Origin: Rebecca billardiae RCC1528
Taxonomy: Eukaryota; Protista; Haptophyta
DNA: 64,000 nt
Assembly: GCA_965240325.2 (NCBI GenBank)
Contig: OZ251222.1
Location: 992,001 to 1,056,000 of the forward strand
Reading direction: 5' to 3'
Position numbers and translations under genes: made by a program. Shown here one piece after another: positions 50,819-61,806 of the stretch. Within the stretch, counting starts at the first letter, position 1. Every line of letters begins with the position of its first letter. The notes below the pieces were generated by a model. That model searched no databases and was not told the origin of the DNA. It saw only the letters and a list, made by a program, of their open reading frames with translations.

Positions 50819-51472
50819 AGACCTAGCCGTAATGACTGGCTGAGTGAGTAAACTCTGCTTACTCATTCCGCGTCACTGACTAGTTAGACCGTCGTACTGA
50901 TGTAGTATGCTGTCGTGAGCCTTTTACTGAATAAATTGTTCGGGGGGCCGGCCCGGCCCCGCCGCGGGGCCGCCGCGCCCGCCGGCCCGCGGGCCGCTCA
51001 CTCAGTCACTAGACACTAGTCAGCCGCGGGGCGCCAGGTCCGCTACTGTCCGCTTCGGACCGAATGATCCGCCAAACCGGACAGAGCCGCGCTTGTGCCT
51101 TGGCAGTGTCTGTCCGGCGCCGCATTATTCGCTGAACATGCGCTGGCGGGGCGGCGCCATTGTCAGGTCGGCTCTGGCACTAATCACTATGCCCACTGCC
51201 AGGCCGTGCTGTTGAACTTGAACTTGAAGCGGCGGCCACCATTCGCCCACGGTCCACGCGTGGTCAACGCGTCTTCCCCGCATTGGCTGGCACAGGCCCG
51301 GGAGTAGACGCCCCCGATGGTCAGGGCCCCGGTAGACAGAACCCAAGATCGACTGTCCGTGCACCGACGCTGTTGGTCAAACAGTTGATCCCACTCACCC
51401 TGGGCCCGGCGGCACATGCGCAGAGCGGCGGCAGGACCGATCCCCGACCGCCTCGTGATGACGAGTGGAAGC

Positions 51473-52099
51473 TCACTTCTGCACCATCACGCGCATGAAG
51501 TCATCCAGCCTTAGCAGCGTGTCCTTGGAACCGTCCTCCTTCGCGTCCATGCACTCTGCAATCATGTCGCTCGCCTGAGTCAGCAGGGTGGCACGGCGGG
51601 CAAGCGGGCGCAAGGCCGAGCGGAGGTGAGACGCACTCCCCGTTCGCGCACGTATCGGGCGGCACACTACCAGCCCGTCACGCGGCACGGGGCGCACCCA
51701 CGGGCAGGATCGCGCTGCACGTACCGCCATCTGCGAGACGTGTGTGTTCACAAACTCGCCCAGCACTCCACGCACGTCTGCGCCGTCGATACCGCCGCGC
51801 TGCTGCCTGTCGAGCACGTTGTACGCATCACGCAGGTCCTCGAGCACGTCGTCGTCCAGCGGGCGGCACATCACCGTCACAAAGTCGGTGAAGTCGAGCG
51901 TCTTATTCTGCGGATCCATCTCGACAAGCAGGTCAGCCACGTCTGCATCGGTGAAGTTGGCGCCGAGGGTGCCGAGCACTGCTTTGAGCCCCTGCGCGTC
52001 GACACGGCCCGAAGGGCCACATAATCTGTCGTACAGCCTTTGCAGCCGCCGCAGCACCTCGTCTGGCACGACGCGCATGACGTTGAGGGTGTCGGACAT
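51473..52099 (-). CDS. Calmodulin/centrin-like EF-hand protein; exons 52099-51725 and 51574-51473
   Basis: EF-hand loops (EMDPQNKTLDFTDF, LRDAYNVLDRQQRGGIDGADV) and a GTACGT..CTCAG intron. Confidence 0.85.
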   Translation of the reverse strand: MSDTLNVMRVVPDEVLRRLQRLYDRLCGPSGRVDAQGLKAVLGTLGANFTDADVADLLVEMDPQNKTLDFTDFVTVMCRPLDDDVLEDLRDAYNVLDRQQRGGIDGADVRGVLGEFVNTHVSQMAVRAARSCPWVRPVPRDGLVVCRPIRARTGSASHLRSALRPLARRATLLTQASDMIAECMDAKEDGSKDTLLRLDDFMRVMVQK

Positions 52100-52285
52100 G
52101 ATGACGGCGGCGCCCGGCGGACCCACCAGCACGGTTACTGGTTGTGTTCCTGTGCTCACCACCGCCAAGGCCTCGCTGCCCTGTGAGAGCCGCCACCCTT
52201 GCCTTTGCCGTTACGATTCGTGTCGAGTGCTTTCGTCGTGCTCAGTGCGAGACTCACAGCACGGCCGCCCGCCCGCGGTTGCGCG

Positions 52286-52413
52286 TACAGTTTACTGCTA
52301 AGAATAAGAGACGCACACAGCTCAGGCAGTACAGTTTACTATGTTTTTAACGTGCACACTTGGTTAAGACAGTTTACTACTAAGAATAAGAGACGCGCAC
52401 AGCTCAGGCAGGC
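52286..52413 (+). repeat. Head-to-tail array of three solo transposon ends (L-R-L)
   Basis: Matches the two ends of the 34119-41768 element. Confidence 0.85.
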
Positions 52414-52423
52414 GAGATCAGCA

Positions 52424-54436
52424 ATGGCGCCCTCGCGCGCCCGTGGACTCCTCGTGCTGCGGCTCGCGGTTTCGCAGGCGGCGTTCCAGTTCCCCATCCA
52501 CCTCCCCAGGTGGCCGTGGACGAGCTCTGACTGGGCCGCCGAAGTGCGGCACGTGGTCGGCTCGAATGCGACCGCCCACAGCCCGGCGCGCAGCGCTCCT
52601 CGGCCCGAGCACCCCGAGGCGGTGGTCGCGGCCGGGCCCGACGCGCCTCCGCGGGTCGTCGCGTACGATGATCTGCGCCCTCGCGGTGCTTGCCCGCCCG
52701 GGAACCCCGACATCAAGCGGCTGAGGAGGGCCACGCATGCGGCGAACGAGCGCGCCCTCACCTTCCTGGCCTGGGTGCCGTCGCAGTCGACGCACCGCAT
52801 GCCGCCGCTGCCCGTGATGAGCTCCAAGGCGCGCCTCGAGCGCGTGTGCGCCGAGTTCTACCGCAAGGTGCCGAAGCAGTGGGGCTTCTGCCCGGGCGCG
52901 CCGGCATCCGAGCACGCGCGCTACTCGTGCGAGTCGGCGGCCTACGTCGCCGAGCTCGACTGCGCGTACGTCGACTGCGACGCGCACGAGCACATCAAGC
53001 CGGGCCTGGTGTACGACCATTCGGCCGCGTACGCGGTGCACCTCGCGTCCGGGCAGTTTGGGCGCGTGATCACGCGGCCCGGCGCGGGGAGCACGCGGGT
53101 GAAGGCGTACCCCGAGCTGGCGCACGCGCTCGGCGTGTACCCGCGCGGCACGGCGCACGCCATCGAGCAGCTGCCGCGGCTCGTGATGCTGCTGCGCACG
53201 CTGCCCGCGCACGTGCCGATCGTGGCCCCGCGGCACTCGCTCCGCGAGCAGTTCGTCGCGGTGCTCGACGTGCTCGATGGGCTGGGCTGCCTCGCGGTCG
53301 GGGCGGCGGGGCAGGCCGCGGCGTCGGGCGCGGGGCGCGCGCCGCGCTGCTCCGGGGCGCGCGTGCTCGCCGACGGCCGCACGCTCGCCGACCGACTGCT
53401 GCTCCTCCCGCGCACGCCCGTGCGCGCCGCGCCAGCGGGCATGGCGCCCGTCGGCGGGAACGTGAGCTCGAGGCTGGTGTGGTGGGACCAGCTGACGACG
53501 TATCGCGCCGACCGAGTCTTCTTCGCGGGGGAGAGCGTGTGGGTGCCCGCGCAGCTGCAGCCCATCCGGCCGCAGCTGCCGCCGGTGCGTCGGGGCTGGT
53601 ACGACATGCTCGACGAGGCGCCGTGCCACTACAAGCGGCTGCAGCCAATGTGGCTGCTGCAGAGCACGCTCACGCCCGCCTTTGTGCGGCCGCGCGCGGC
53701 GAGGTACCTCAAGGTGCTGATCGTGCACCGCGCCGAGGCGAAAGGGCGGCGGGTCGTGGCGAACCACGACGACCTCGAGCGCGCGGTGCGGCGTGCGCTG
53801 CCGCACGCGCACGTGTACACGTTCGTCGGCCGGCAGCACGCGCTCGGCGCCACTGTCTCCCTCTTTGCGAACGCGGACATCGCGATCGCGCCGCACGGCG
53901 CGGCGTGCGCCTTCTGGGCGTTCATGCGCCCGCGCACGGCGGTGGTTGAGCTGGCGTACCCGGGGCACGGCGGGATGTGGTTCCCCGCAAACTTCTACTA
54001 CCTGCTCGCCCACGCGGTCGGGCTGCGCTACCACCTCTCGCTCTGCACGAGCGGCAACTACAACTCACCGATGCGCGCGGACGTCGGCGACGTGGTCAGG
54101 CTCGTGCAGATGGCTGCGGGCGCGCTGCCGGCCGAGCGGGGGAGGCCGCCCGCCGGCGGGTACAGCGCGAGCGCGCCAGGCACGGCGCGCGACGAGGTCG
54201 TGTGGGGGCGGCCGACGGGTTACAAGCCGGGAAAGGGCGAGCTGATGGGCCCGGGCGCGCTCAACCGCCCCTCCGCATCTGGCCCGGCCCGCTCGCACCA
54301 GGCGCGGGCTTCGCCCCGGCGGCCGGCAAAGCGCGCGCGTACGCCGACGCCTGCCGACGCCGTGTCACGGGGCGACTCGTCGCTCACGGCTCCCACTCGC
54401 ACGTTTCATCGCACCCCACTTGCACGCCTACCGTAG
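52424..54436 (+). CDS. Secretory glycosyltransferase family 61-like protein
   Basis: Signal peptide and VLIVHR..RRVVANHDDL..LFANADIAIAPHGAA..FMRP.TAVVE..FYY.LA...GLRY. Confidence 0.85.
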   Translation: MAPSRARGLLVLRLAVSQAAFQFPIHLPRWPWTSSDWAAEVRHVVGSNATAHSPARSAPRPEHPEAVVAAGPDAPPRVVAYDDLRPRGACPPGNPDIKRLRRATHAANERALTFLAWVPSQSTHRMPPLPVMSSKARLERVCAEFYRKVPKQWGFCPGAPASEHARYSCESAAYVAELDCAYVDCDAHEHIKPGLVYDHSAAYAVHLASGQFGRVITRPGAGSTRVKAYPELAHALGVYPRGTAHAIEQLPRLVMLLRTLPAHVPIVAPRHSLREQFVAVLDVLDGLGCLAVGAAGQAAASGAGRAPRCSGARVLADGRTLADRLLLLPRTPVRAAPAGMAPVGGNVSSRLVWWDQLTTYRADRVFFAGESVWVPAQLQPIRPQLPPVRRGWYDMLDEAPCHYKRLQPMWLLQSTLTPAFVRPRAARYLKVLIVHRAEAKGRRVVANHDDLERAVRRALPHAHVYTFVGRQHALGATVSLFANADIAIAPHGAACAFWAFMRPRTAVVELAYPGHGGMWFPANFYYLLAHAVGLRYHLSLCTSGNYNSPMRADVGDVVRLVQMAAGALPAERGRPPAGGYSASAPGTARDEVVWGRPTGYKPGKGELMGPGALNRPSASGPARSHQARASPRRPAKRARTPTPADAVSRGDSSLTAPTRTFHRTPLARLP

Positions 54437-54723
54437 GCTGCGCGGCGCGGTACCTAGTTGGCTCGCTGTTGAGCGGCACCAATAGTGTCCGATCTGGCGG
54501 CCGCGAATGCCTGATGAGATTATAGCAGGCTGATGCCAGTAGCTAGTCAACTAACTACAGTAGCTAGTTGTCCGCTCGATGACTCGATCTGATGTAGTCT
54601 AGTTTAAACTATAACTACTACGATAGTCATCATCATCATATATATATATATGTATATATAGTTACGGTTACTACATACATATGATCGAGTAGCATATTAC
54701 TAACTACTACTTTATTAAATAAT

Positions 54724-54769
<46 letters not shown>

Positions 54770-55329
54770 CTCTCTCTCTATTGTTTGCGGAGCAGGCTGC
54801 TGCAGTGCTGCGCGTCACCGCGTCACGTGCTCAGCCGAGTCAGCAGCTGTATACACGTGCTGCTGCGCAAATAATAAAAACGGCCAGCCATGATGTTTGA
54901 CGATGCTGCTGACGTGTATATATATGACGTATGTCGTATCATCATATCACTGTGACGAGTGAATACGGTTGAAACCGTGGTCTCATCAGCGAGCCTCGGA
55001 CAGTGCGGGCAGTGATGGCACGGACAAACGAGTCTACTAGGCTTCCACGGTGCCTACGGTTTCGTCAATAAGTACGTTCGTATACTAAAAAGTAGCCGCC
55101 GTCATCAGACTCAGTGTGAGTTGCCACGGTCAATGACAGTGTCATGCAGATTGCAGTCGGTCGAGCTAGTCAGCTGTCACTGACTGATCAGTGCTAGCCG
55201 TGCACTTTCAGCAGCGGTAAACTAAGCTCATTCAGCGGCAGTGCGGGCCAACGAGGCCATGCATGCATGATCACTTGATGACGATCGAGCAAGTGGCCAG
55301 GGGCGCACGCTCGCCCCGTGAGCGATCGC

Positions 55330-55782
55330 CTAGGGCGACCAATCAACGATCGTCACTGCAGACGGACCGTCGATCTTAGCGTTCTGAATGACCTCCAGGA
55401 GGGGCTCGCCGTACTCCGGAAACAACACCCTAACCACCGTATCGAAACCGTGCGAATCCTGCATGCGCGGCCAAAAAGACGGGGAATGGGGCTGGCTGGA
55501 TGAGTGGCAAGGCGACCTGGGGCATGTACCTGCAAGGGGAGCGCACGCCGAATGGCGCGTGGTGCGCTCAGTGCTCCACGTGCTTCGAGCGCGCACCGTG
55601 AAAGGAACGTCACAGTTGCTGGCCGCGTCAGGGTCAGTCCATTGCATACCCTCCTTCGTCTCGCCAGGGCGGATGGTCATCGCCCCGTCGTACCCACAGT
55701 AGCCATTGGTCCCGACCTTTCCCGTGTCTACGGACATGTCGCTGGAGTAGCCATTCGTCACCGTGAGCGCGAAGGACGTCAT
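55330..55782 (-). CDS. Small beta-rich protein (~104 aa), function unknown; intron 55596-55459
   Basis: ATG ORF with coding-like composition on both sides of a GTGCGC..ATGCAG intron. Confidence 0.6.
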   Translation of the reverse strand: MTSFALTVTNGYSSDMSVDTGKVGTNGYCGYDGAMTIRPGETKEGMQWTDPDAASNCDVPFTVRARSTWSTERTTRHSACAPLAGTCPRSPCHSSSQPHSPSFWPRMQDSHGFDTVVRVLFPEYGEPLLEVIQNAKIDGPSAVTIVDWSP

Positions 55783-55988
55783 GGCTGCAGGCCGCCCAAC
55801 TTCGTACGTCAGATGCCGGGCGTGACAACCGGCTCCGGCTGGGTGTGATCAAGGGTGGTCCTGACAATGACCAAGGTGCGGGTTGGATATTTATTTTGTT
55901 TGGACCCGGCCCGGCTCCCAGCGGGGCCGACGCCATCGCTCGCGAGCTCGTGACGGATCAACGTGAGGCGCAAATCAAGCTGCGGCCG

Positions 55989-57167
55989 ATGCTGCTCCTC
56001 TTCGCCCTCACCTGTGCCGCTCGCGCGCCTCTCCGCGCCTCGTGGTCGGCGACCGACGGCTTCTCGGACTCCGCCTTCATCACCTTTGACCGCGCTCGCT
56101 ATGACGGGATGGTCCGTGACATGAGCAGGACGCCCGTGTTTGCAGAGGCGATCCAGCGTGCGCTGCGCGGGCGCGAGGGCGAGCTGACGGTGCTCGACAT
56201 CGGGACGGGCCCCGACGCGCTGCTCGCGCTCGTGGCGGCGCGCGCGGGCGCGAAGAAGGTGTACGCTGTGGAGGCAGTGCCAGAAGTGGCGCGCGCCGCG
56301 CGGCAGGCGGTCAAACGAGCGACGGATGTGCCACCCGGGGTGGTGGAGGTCTTCGAAGGGTTCTCGACAGACCTGACCTTCCCCGAGCCCGCCGATCTCG
56401 TCGTGGCTGAGATCGTTGGCAGCATCGCCAGCTCAGAGGGCATCTACGCGACGATGCACGACGTGCAGACGCGGCTGCTGCGCGCACCGCACGCGCCGTC
56501 CAGTTACATCCCTCTCATTGTCGAGACACTCGCGGCGCCCATGTGCTATGCGCTGCACCATCCGGAGCTCGGCCCCACCAACTTCGACTGGGAGGCTGTG
56601 CGTGTGAATGAGCCCCCGCCCCGCTTCTCGTGCTCCAGCCGAGCGGTGCATGCGCTGTGCGCGCCGCAGCGCCTTGAGCGCATGCGCTTCAGCGATCCGC
56701 TCCCAGCGCCTGGCTCACAGATCGAATCGACGCTCGCCTTCAAGTTGAGCTCGGAGCGCATGCGCGCCGTCGAGGCGGACTGCGCAGCGGAGCTCGCGCG
56801 CGCAGGCGCGCCAGAGAACTTCTGCGCGCGCGTCGCGTCCGACGTCGCTCACTCTGTTTCTGGGGTGGGCATGTGGCCGCGCCTCGTGCTTGACGAGGCT
56901 GAGACCTTGGTCGTCGAGTCGCGCGGCGCAGATGGCCGCGCAAGGCGCAGCCACTGGCAGACTGCGCTTCCGCTGCTGTGCGCCGCACCCGAACGCGTCG
57001 CTCCGGGTGACGTGCTGCACGTCGACGCGAAGATCGCTCTCGGCCGATCGGTCGCAGACCCCGTGCAGTATGACCTGCGCGCACGCGTGGAGACGTGTCC
57101 GAAGGCGGCGACGACGAGCGTCGCCGAGTCTTCTTCCGAATCCGAGCAGACCGGAATTGATCAATGA
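55989..57167 (+). CDS. Protein arginine methyltransferase-like (PRMT7/9-type fold) SAM-dependent methyltransferase
   Basis: VLDIGTG, AGAKKVYAVE, ADLVVAEIVGS..SEG (double-E loop) and SHWQT (THW loop). Confidence 0.85.
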   Translation: MLLLFALTCAARAPLRASWSATDGFSDSAFITFDRARYDGMVRDMSRTPVFAEAIQRALRGREGELTVLDIGTGPDALLALVAARAGAKKVYAVEAVPEVARAARQAVKRATDVPPGVVEVFEGFSTDLTFPEPADLVVAEIVGSIASSEGIYATMHDVQTRLLRAPHAPSSYIPLIVETLAAPMCYALHHPELGPTNFDWEAVRVNEPPPRFSCSSRAVHALCAPQRLERMRFSDPLPAPGSQIESTLAFKLSSERMRAVEADCAAELARAGAPENFCARVASDVAHSVSGVGMWPRLVLDEAETLVVESRGADGRARRSHWQTALPLLCAAPERVAPGDVLHVDAKIALGRSVADPVQYDLRARVETCPKAATTSVAESSSESEQTGIDQ

Positions 57168-57362
57168 TGCGATGATGATATGAACTGCTGCTGTCATGCA
57201 GGCGCTGACGCACAGTGGGAGCGCGAGCCAAACAGCAGGCTGAGGCTGCCAGGCATCTAGTCACAGATATTATTCGAGCAGATCTGCCACCCCAGACCCG
57301 CCGCCAATCATTGAAATGGCCGAATGGCGCCAATCGGCCACAGCACAGACACATGTGATCAC

Positions 57363-58752
57363 TCAGGTGTCCGCTGCAAGCCTCAGGCTGCTTGGGGGTG
57401 ATGAACCGACGCATGCGTGCCGCGATGATGGCGACATCAAAACGTCTGCTGCATGCTCTTCGAGTAGGTCGCATGCCAGCACGAGCCTGGCGTGGCCGTG
57501 CGCGGAGCTGTCGCCCGAGACTGCGACTGAAGACCCAGCGACCGAAGTCGAAAGTGGCGGGGGCGCCCAAACCAGATAGCCACCGCCTGACGCCATCTTG
57601 AACCCTGCGGCCATTGGGGCAGGCGGCAGCGAGGCGGGCACCAGAGAATGGGTACGGGCGCGTGAGCAAACGCGTGCTGCGCGCGCGCAGGGGCGCAAAA
57701 AGGCACCCGGGGCTCCGCGCACCCGCATGGCTGCGCACAGACTCACCGAGGGCGTGCAGGAAGGCGAGCGCTTCGGCGAAAAGCGCGATGCAGCCGAACA
57801 TGGCGCTGGATGTATTGATGCGGTGGTACCCGCCGCCCGCAGCGCTGGCCGGGTGGTCCCGCGCATTGGCCACGTACACGTGCAGCGTGCGAACGGCGAG
57901 CGCGAGCTCCTCCGACAGCCCGCCTGGTGATGCCGGTGGCGGATCTCCGGGCGGGCGCGGCGATGTCTTGCCGGCATCGCCGTCAGCTCGGGCGAGCAGC
58001 GCCTCGAGCGATTGGCGCAGTTGCGCGCGAAGCTCCGCGAGTGCTGCCGACTGGGCCTCCACCGTCGGGCTGTCCGGTCGAGGCGAGTCCTCTCCGGCGA
58101 GAGCCACGCTGCGTGGGCTGGTGGCGAAGCGCTCATCGGCGCGGGTGGGCCCGCTGGGCGGGGGCGTAGCAGCCCCCAGCTGCAAGTCGGTGCTGCGCTG
58201 CTCGGCTGCGTTGGGCATCTCTGCGGCGGGCGTGGCACGTTGCGGCCCAAGGGCTGCTCGCAGCGTCGGCCACAGGCGTATGGCAGCGCGCGAAGCGGCG
58301 TAGCCACCGACAGCCGCGACAGCACCGAGGGCGAGGAGGCGCGCCAGAGCGCCACCCCGCTGTGCAGCCGTCACCGCCGTGGTTGTGAGCGCTATCGCCG
58401 AAGCAGCCGGCACTAGCGGATCCTCGCCGTCCGCGCGAGATGCTGGATGCGCACTCGATCGTCCGGCGGCGGCGTGGCGCGCTCGTTCGATCTGCTCGGC
58501 AGACAGGCCTTTCGAGCGCAAAAAGGCAACCTTGTCATGTTCGGACGCCGCGGCCGTGGACGGATGTGTGAGGAAGCGCACTGCCTGCGCGATTCTCAGA
58601 TCCTCCTCGCCATCGCTGCGCGTTGCAGGCGCCTCCACGTCGCTGCGCACGGCCTCGGATGCTGGCTGACGCGGGGGCGAGTCTCGCGCACCGGCGATCC
58701 TCTCACGCTCCCAGGGCTTGGGAGGCGCACCGTCACTGCTGCTGGCAGCCAT
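57363..58752 (-). CDS. PEX14: Pex14-like peroxin with a C-terminal PUB-like domain; exons 58752-57747 and 57604-57363
   Basis: AVRFLTHP..KVAFLRSKGLSAEQIERA (Pex14_N), TM, coiled coil, then LAVRTLHVYVAN..HP..YHRINTSSAMF..FLHALG/F (PUB). Confidence 0.8.
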
Positions 58753-58859
58753 CGCGCGTGATGAAGAGCCTGTCACTGCCAAAGCGCCACAGTGAGCTCC
58801 GGAGCTGTTGCTCGGCAGTCGGCAATGAGAGCGTTGCCAGCCGCAGAGCGGGCGTCAGC

Positions 58860-59485
58860 ATGGAGGACCTGCATTATGAGCCCCTGCCAAACATCCTCGA
58901 CGAGATCGACATGAACGAAGAGGAGGTGAACGAGGCGTGGGCGCAGCTGCTCGAGGAGACCCTCCCACCGGAGAAACACCCGCCATTAGACCGCGAGTTC
59001 TACAGTAAGCAGAGCTTGCGTATGCGCTACTCCATGCTGCTCGAGTTCTCGAGCTACTTGCGTCAAGGAAGCACGCAGCGTGCGGGCAGCGACCGCGAGG
59101 ATGAGGAGCCCGGGCCTCGCTATCGCAAAGGGCCACTTGGATCGCGTGGAGACGACAGCGGCCCGCCGAGCGACTTCCTTGACGAGAAGTACGAGAAGTG
59201 GCTCATGGAGCAGCAGCGGCGGGGCAAGCAGGATGACACCTCTCTCGTGTGGCTCCTGATGCGGGTGCGCAAAGCGCCCGTGCAGAGATCCGCCCGTCGA
59301 GTGGACAGTGCTCACGCTCATCGCGCCTTGCCCGCGTGCAGGTCTTGTTCATCGTCGGTACGGTCATCATCGGCATCATCGCCGTCTCGATTTACCTTGG
59401 CCAGCTCGAGGACGACGAGCACAGAGCGTGGATCATGTCGGCAGACGAGGTCCCGGGAGGAGGCGAGGCGCGCGGTGCATCATGA
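58860..59485 (+). CDS. Acidic single-TM protein, function unknown; intron 59265-59341
   Basis: Splicing joins LVWLLMR to VLFIVGTVIIGIIAVSIYL, forming one continuous TM helix. Confidence 0.75.
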
Positions 59486-60577
59486 CCCATGAGCTAGACT
59501 TCTGACGACGAGCCGCGCTGGTGGCGATAAGGGATGATTGCGCGTCATGAAGTTATTAAACCTAATACTACCTAGGACTTCACTTACTACCGTATATATA
59601 TATGTGCGTGTGTACATACTGCTAATATTAGTTCATATTACTATTTAGCAGAGTAAATATTAACTCATTATTAAGTACGGACTACAGGCTTTATAGTAGT
59701 CGTAATATTGTATGACTCGGCGCTGCGGCACCGACGGACCTGACGAGTTTGACCGCTTATTAACTCCTTAAGTGCCCGCCTTACTGTAAGTATTCAGATG
59801 GGCGCCGGGCACTGGCAGCGCCGGGCCGCGCCGGCCCGGCCAGCGTGGTATTCCGGCCGTTCAGATTGATTGATGATGACTTGTTTGTTCACGACCGTGA
59901 CCGCGTAGTTATCTTCGGTCAGAGGCCATGCATTAAGTCAAATTAAGAGCCCTGTCCTAAGAGTGACAATGGCTGATGGATCCGAAACTTGAGTACTACT
60001 TGTTACTGTATGCTGTGTCAGACACTGACAGGCGTCCGCGGCGAGGCCAAGTGCACGCCCTCGGACCCGCGTGTCGGCGTGACAGCGCGTGTGGCAGACT
60101 GAGGCGCAGCAGTGAGCAGGCGTCGCAGGCGGCCCGCGGCAGTCAGACAGAGCCGGCCAGACCCCGCGGCTCGGCCCATTTACACTGGCTCATTCGGTAG
60201 TCACCGTGCCCGACGCGGGATGGCGTGGCCCGGGTCGTAGTGCCGAGACTGAGTCCCGGACGGCCCGACGTTCGTCACGATAACGATTCTGTCGTCACGA
60301 TTCACGATGAACTGAAGCCGGCGGCGGCCCGCGTAAGACTTGGTAAGAGTCCCCAGTCTCATAATCTACCCGGCATGCTGGCTAGCTATCAGATCGGGTC
60401 CTGGCAGTCATCTGGGAAGGCTTCACCGATATAATTATAACGTATTTTACGCTAGCCAGACTAGCTAGTGTGAGTGTGACTCGATGTCGGTAGTGACTCT
60501 GCCGCTCCGGTCGGCTCGGAGACCTCTGACCTGACGACGGCGCAGCCCGGGCCAGCTGTTCAGCTGAATATTTAAGA

Positions 60578-60608
<31 letters not shown>

Positions 60609-61147
60609 ACGACGTGGTATGCAACGGGCAAGCGTCAGGCTCAGAGTGCAGCAGACACATATAGAATGCGTCCGCGCCTTCCGACCAGGTCAGGCAGTGC
60701 GCCACCCGCAGCCCTGCCCCCCTACGGGAGCGGGGGCGGGATGGAGCACCGCCTCGGCCTGGGGCACGCGGCGGCGACGGCAGATGCCGCCGCGGCCGAG
60801 CGCCTTCCGGTGAAGCACTTGGATGAGGCTGAGGTCGTAGTCGATGTCGCCGCCTGCCGACCTAGCGGCGTGCAGCTGCGGGAAGCGACAGCCGCGGCTG
60901 TCGCCCCCGGGCGCCCGCGTGGGCGCCTGGATGAAGATGAGGTCGTAGTACACGTCGCCGCGTACCGGCCTAGCGGCGCGCAGCTGCAGAAGAGGGGCTT
61001 GGAGAGTGAGCGCGCCGCCTAGCGCGCTCAGGTCGATGAAGCGGATGAGGGTGTAGTCGACGTCGCAGCCCGGCCCGCCGGCGGGCTGCTGCAGGGAAAT
61101 GTAGAAAGCGTCGTCGTCAGCAACGCGTGTCACCGGCTCAGGCGCGC

Positions 61148-61640
61148 TCGCATCCGCCAACACCGCCCGCCCGAGCGACGAGATGAGCAAGGGTTTGTGT
61201 GAGAGTGCCAGCATCTCGCCGTCCCTGCAGGAGGGGAAGGCGCACGCGAGCCCGCGCGGGCGCGCATGCACGTCGTCGTCGTAGTAGTGATCGTCGCCAT
61301 CGTCAGCACCGCGCGTCTGCCGCGTGCCCGCATCCGCCAACACCGCCCGCACGAGCGACGAGATGAGCAAGAGTTTGTGTGAGAGTGCCAGCATCTCGCC
61401 GTCCTTGCAGGAGGGGAAGGCGCACGCGAGCCCGCGCGGGCGCACATGCACGTCGTCGTCGTAGTAGTGATCGTCGCCATCGTCAGCACCGCGCGCCTGC
61501 CGCGTGCCCGCATCCGCCAACACCGCCTGCACGAGCGACGAGATGAGCAAGAGTTTGTGTGAGAGTGCCAGCATCTCGCCGTCCTTGCAGGAGGGGAAGG
61601 CGCACTCGAGCCCGCGCGGGCGCGCATGCGCGTCGTCATC
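61148..61640 (-). repeat. 180 bp tandem repeat (about 2.7 copies) inside an open frame lacking a clear start
   Basis: Unit DDD.HARPRGLACAFPSCKDGEMLALSHKLLLISSLVRAVLADAG in ORF 60690-61835. Confidence 0.85.
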
Positions 61641-61764
61641 CTTGTCGGTATCACAGCGGCCTGCGGCAGCGACGCGTGGCCCCCACGGGCTCCCCGCCAG
61701 AGGCTGACGAGAGCCGCGCGGGGGCCGAGACGACGAGGACCATGCCGCCGCCAACGCTGGTATG

Positions 61765-61806
<42 letters not shown>

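Noticed and set aside
52199-52423. N-terminal extension of the GT61 ORF ([11 protein letters not shown])
   Set aside because: It is the translated transposon-end array. The signal peptide starts at 52424.
51575-55596. In-frame, stop-free introns (66, 150 and 138 nt) as regulated intron retention
   Set aside because: Three of eight inferred introns being 3n is the chance expectation, and stops are rare at this GC content.
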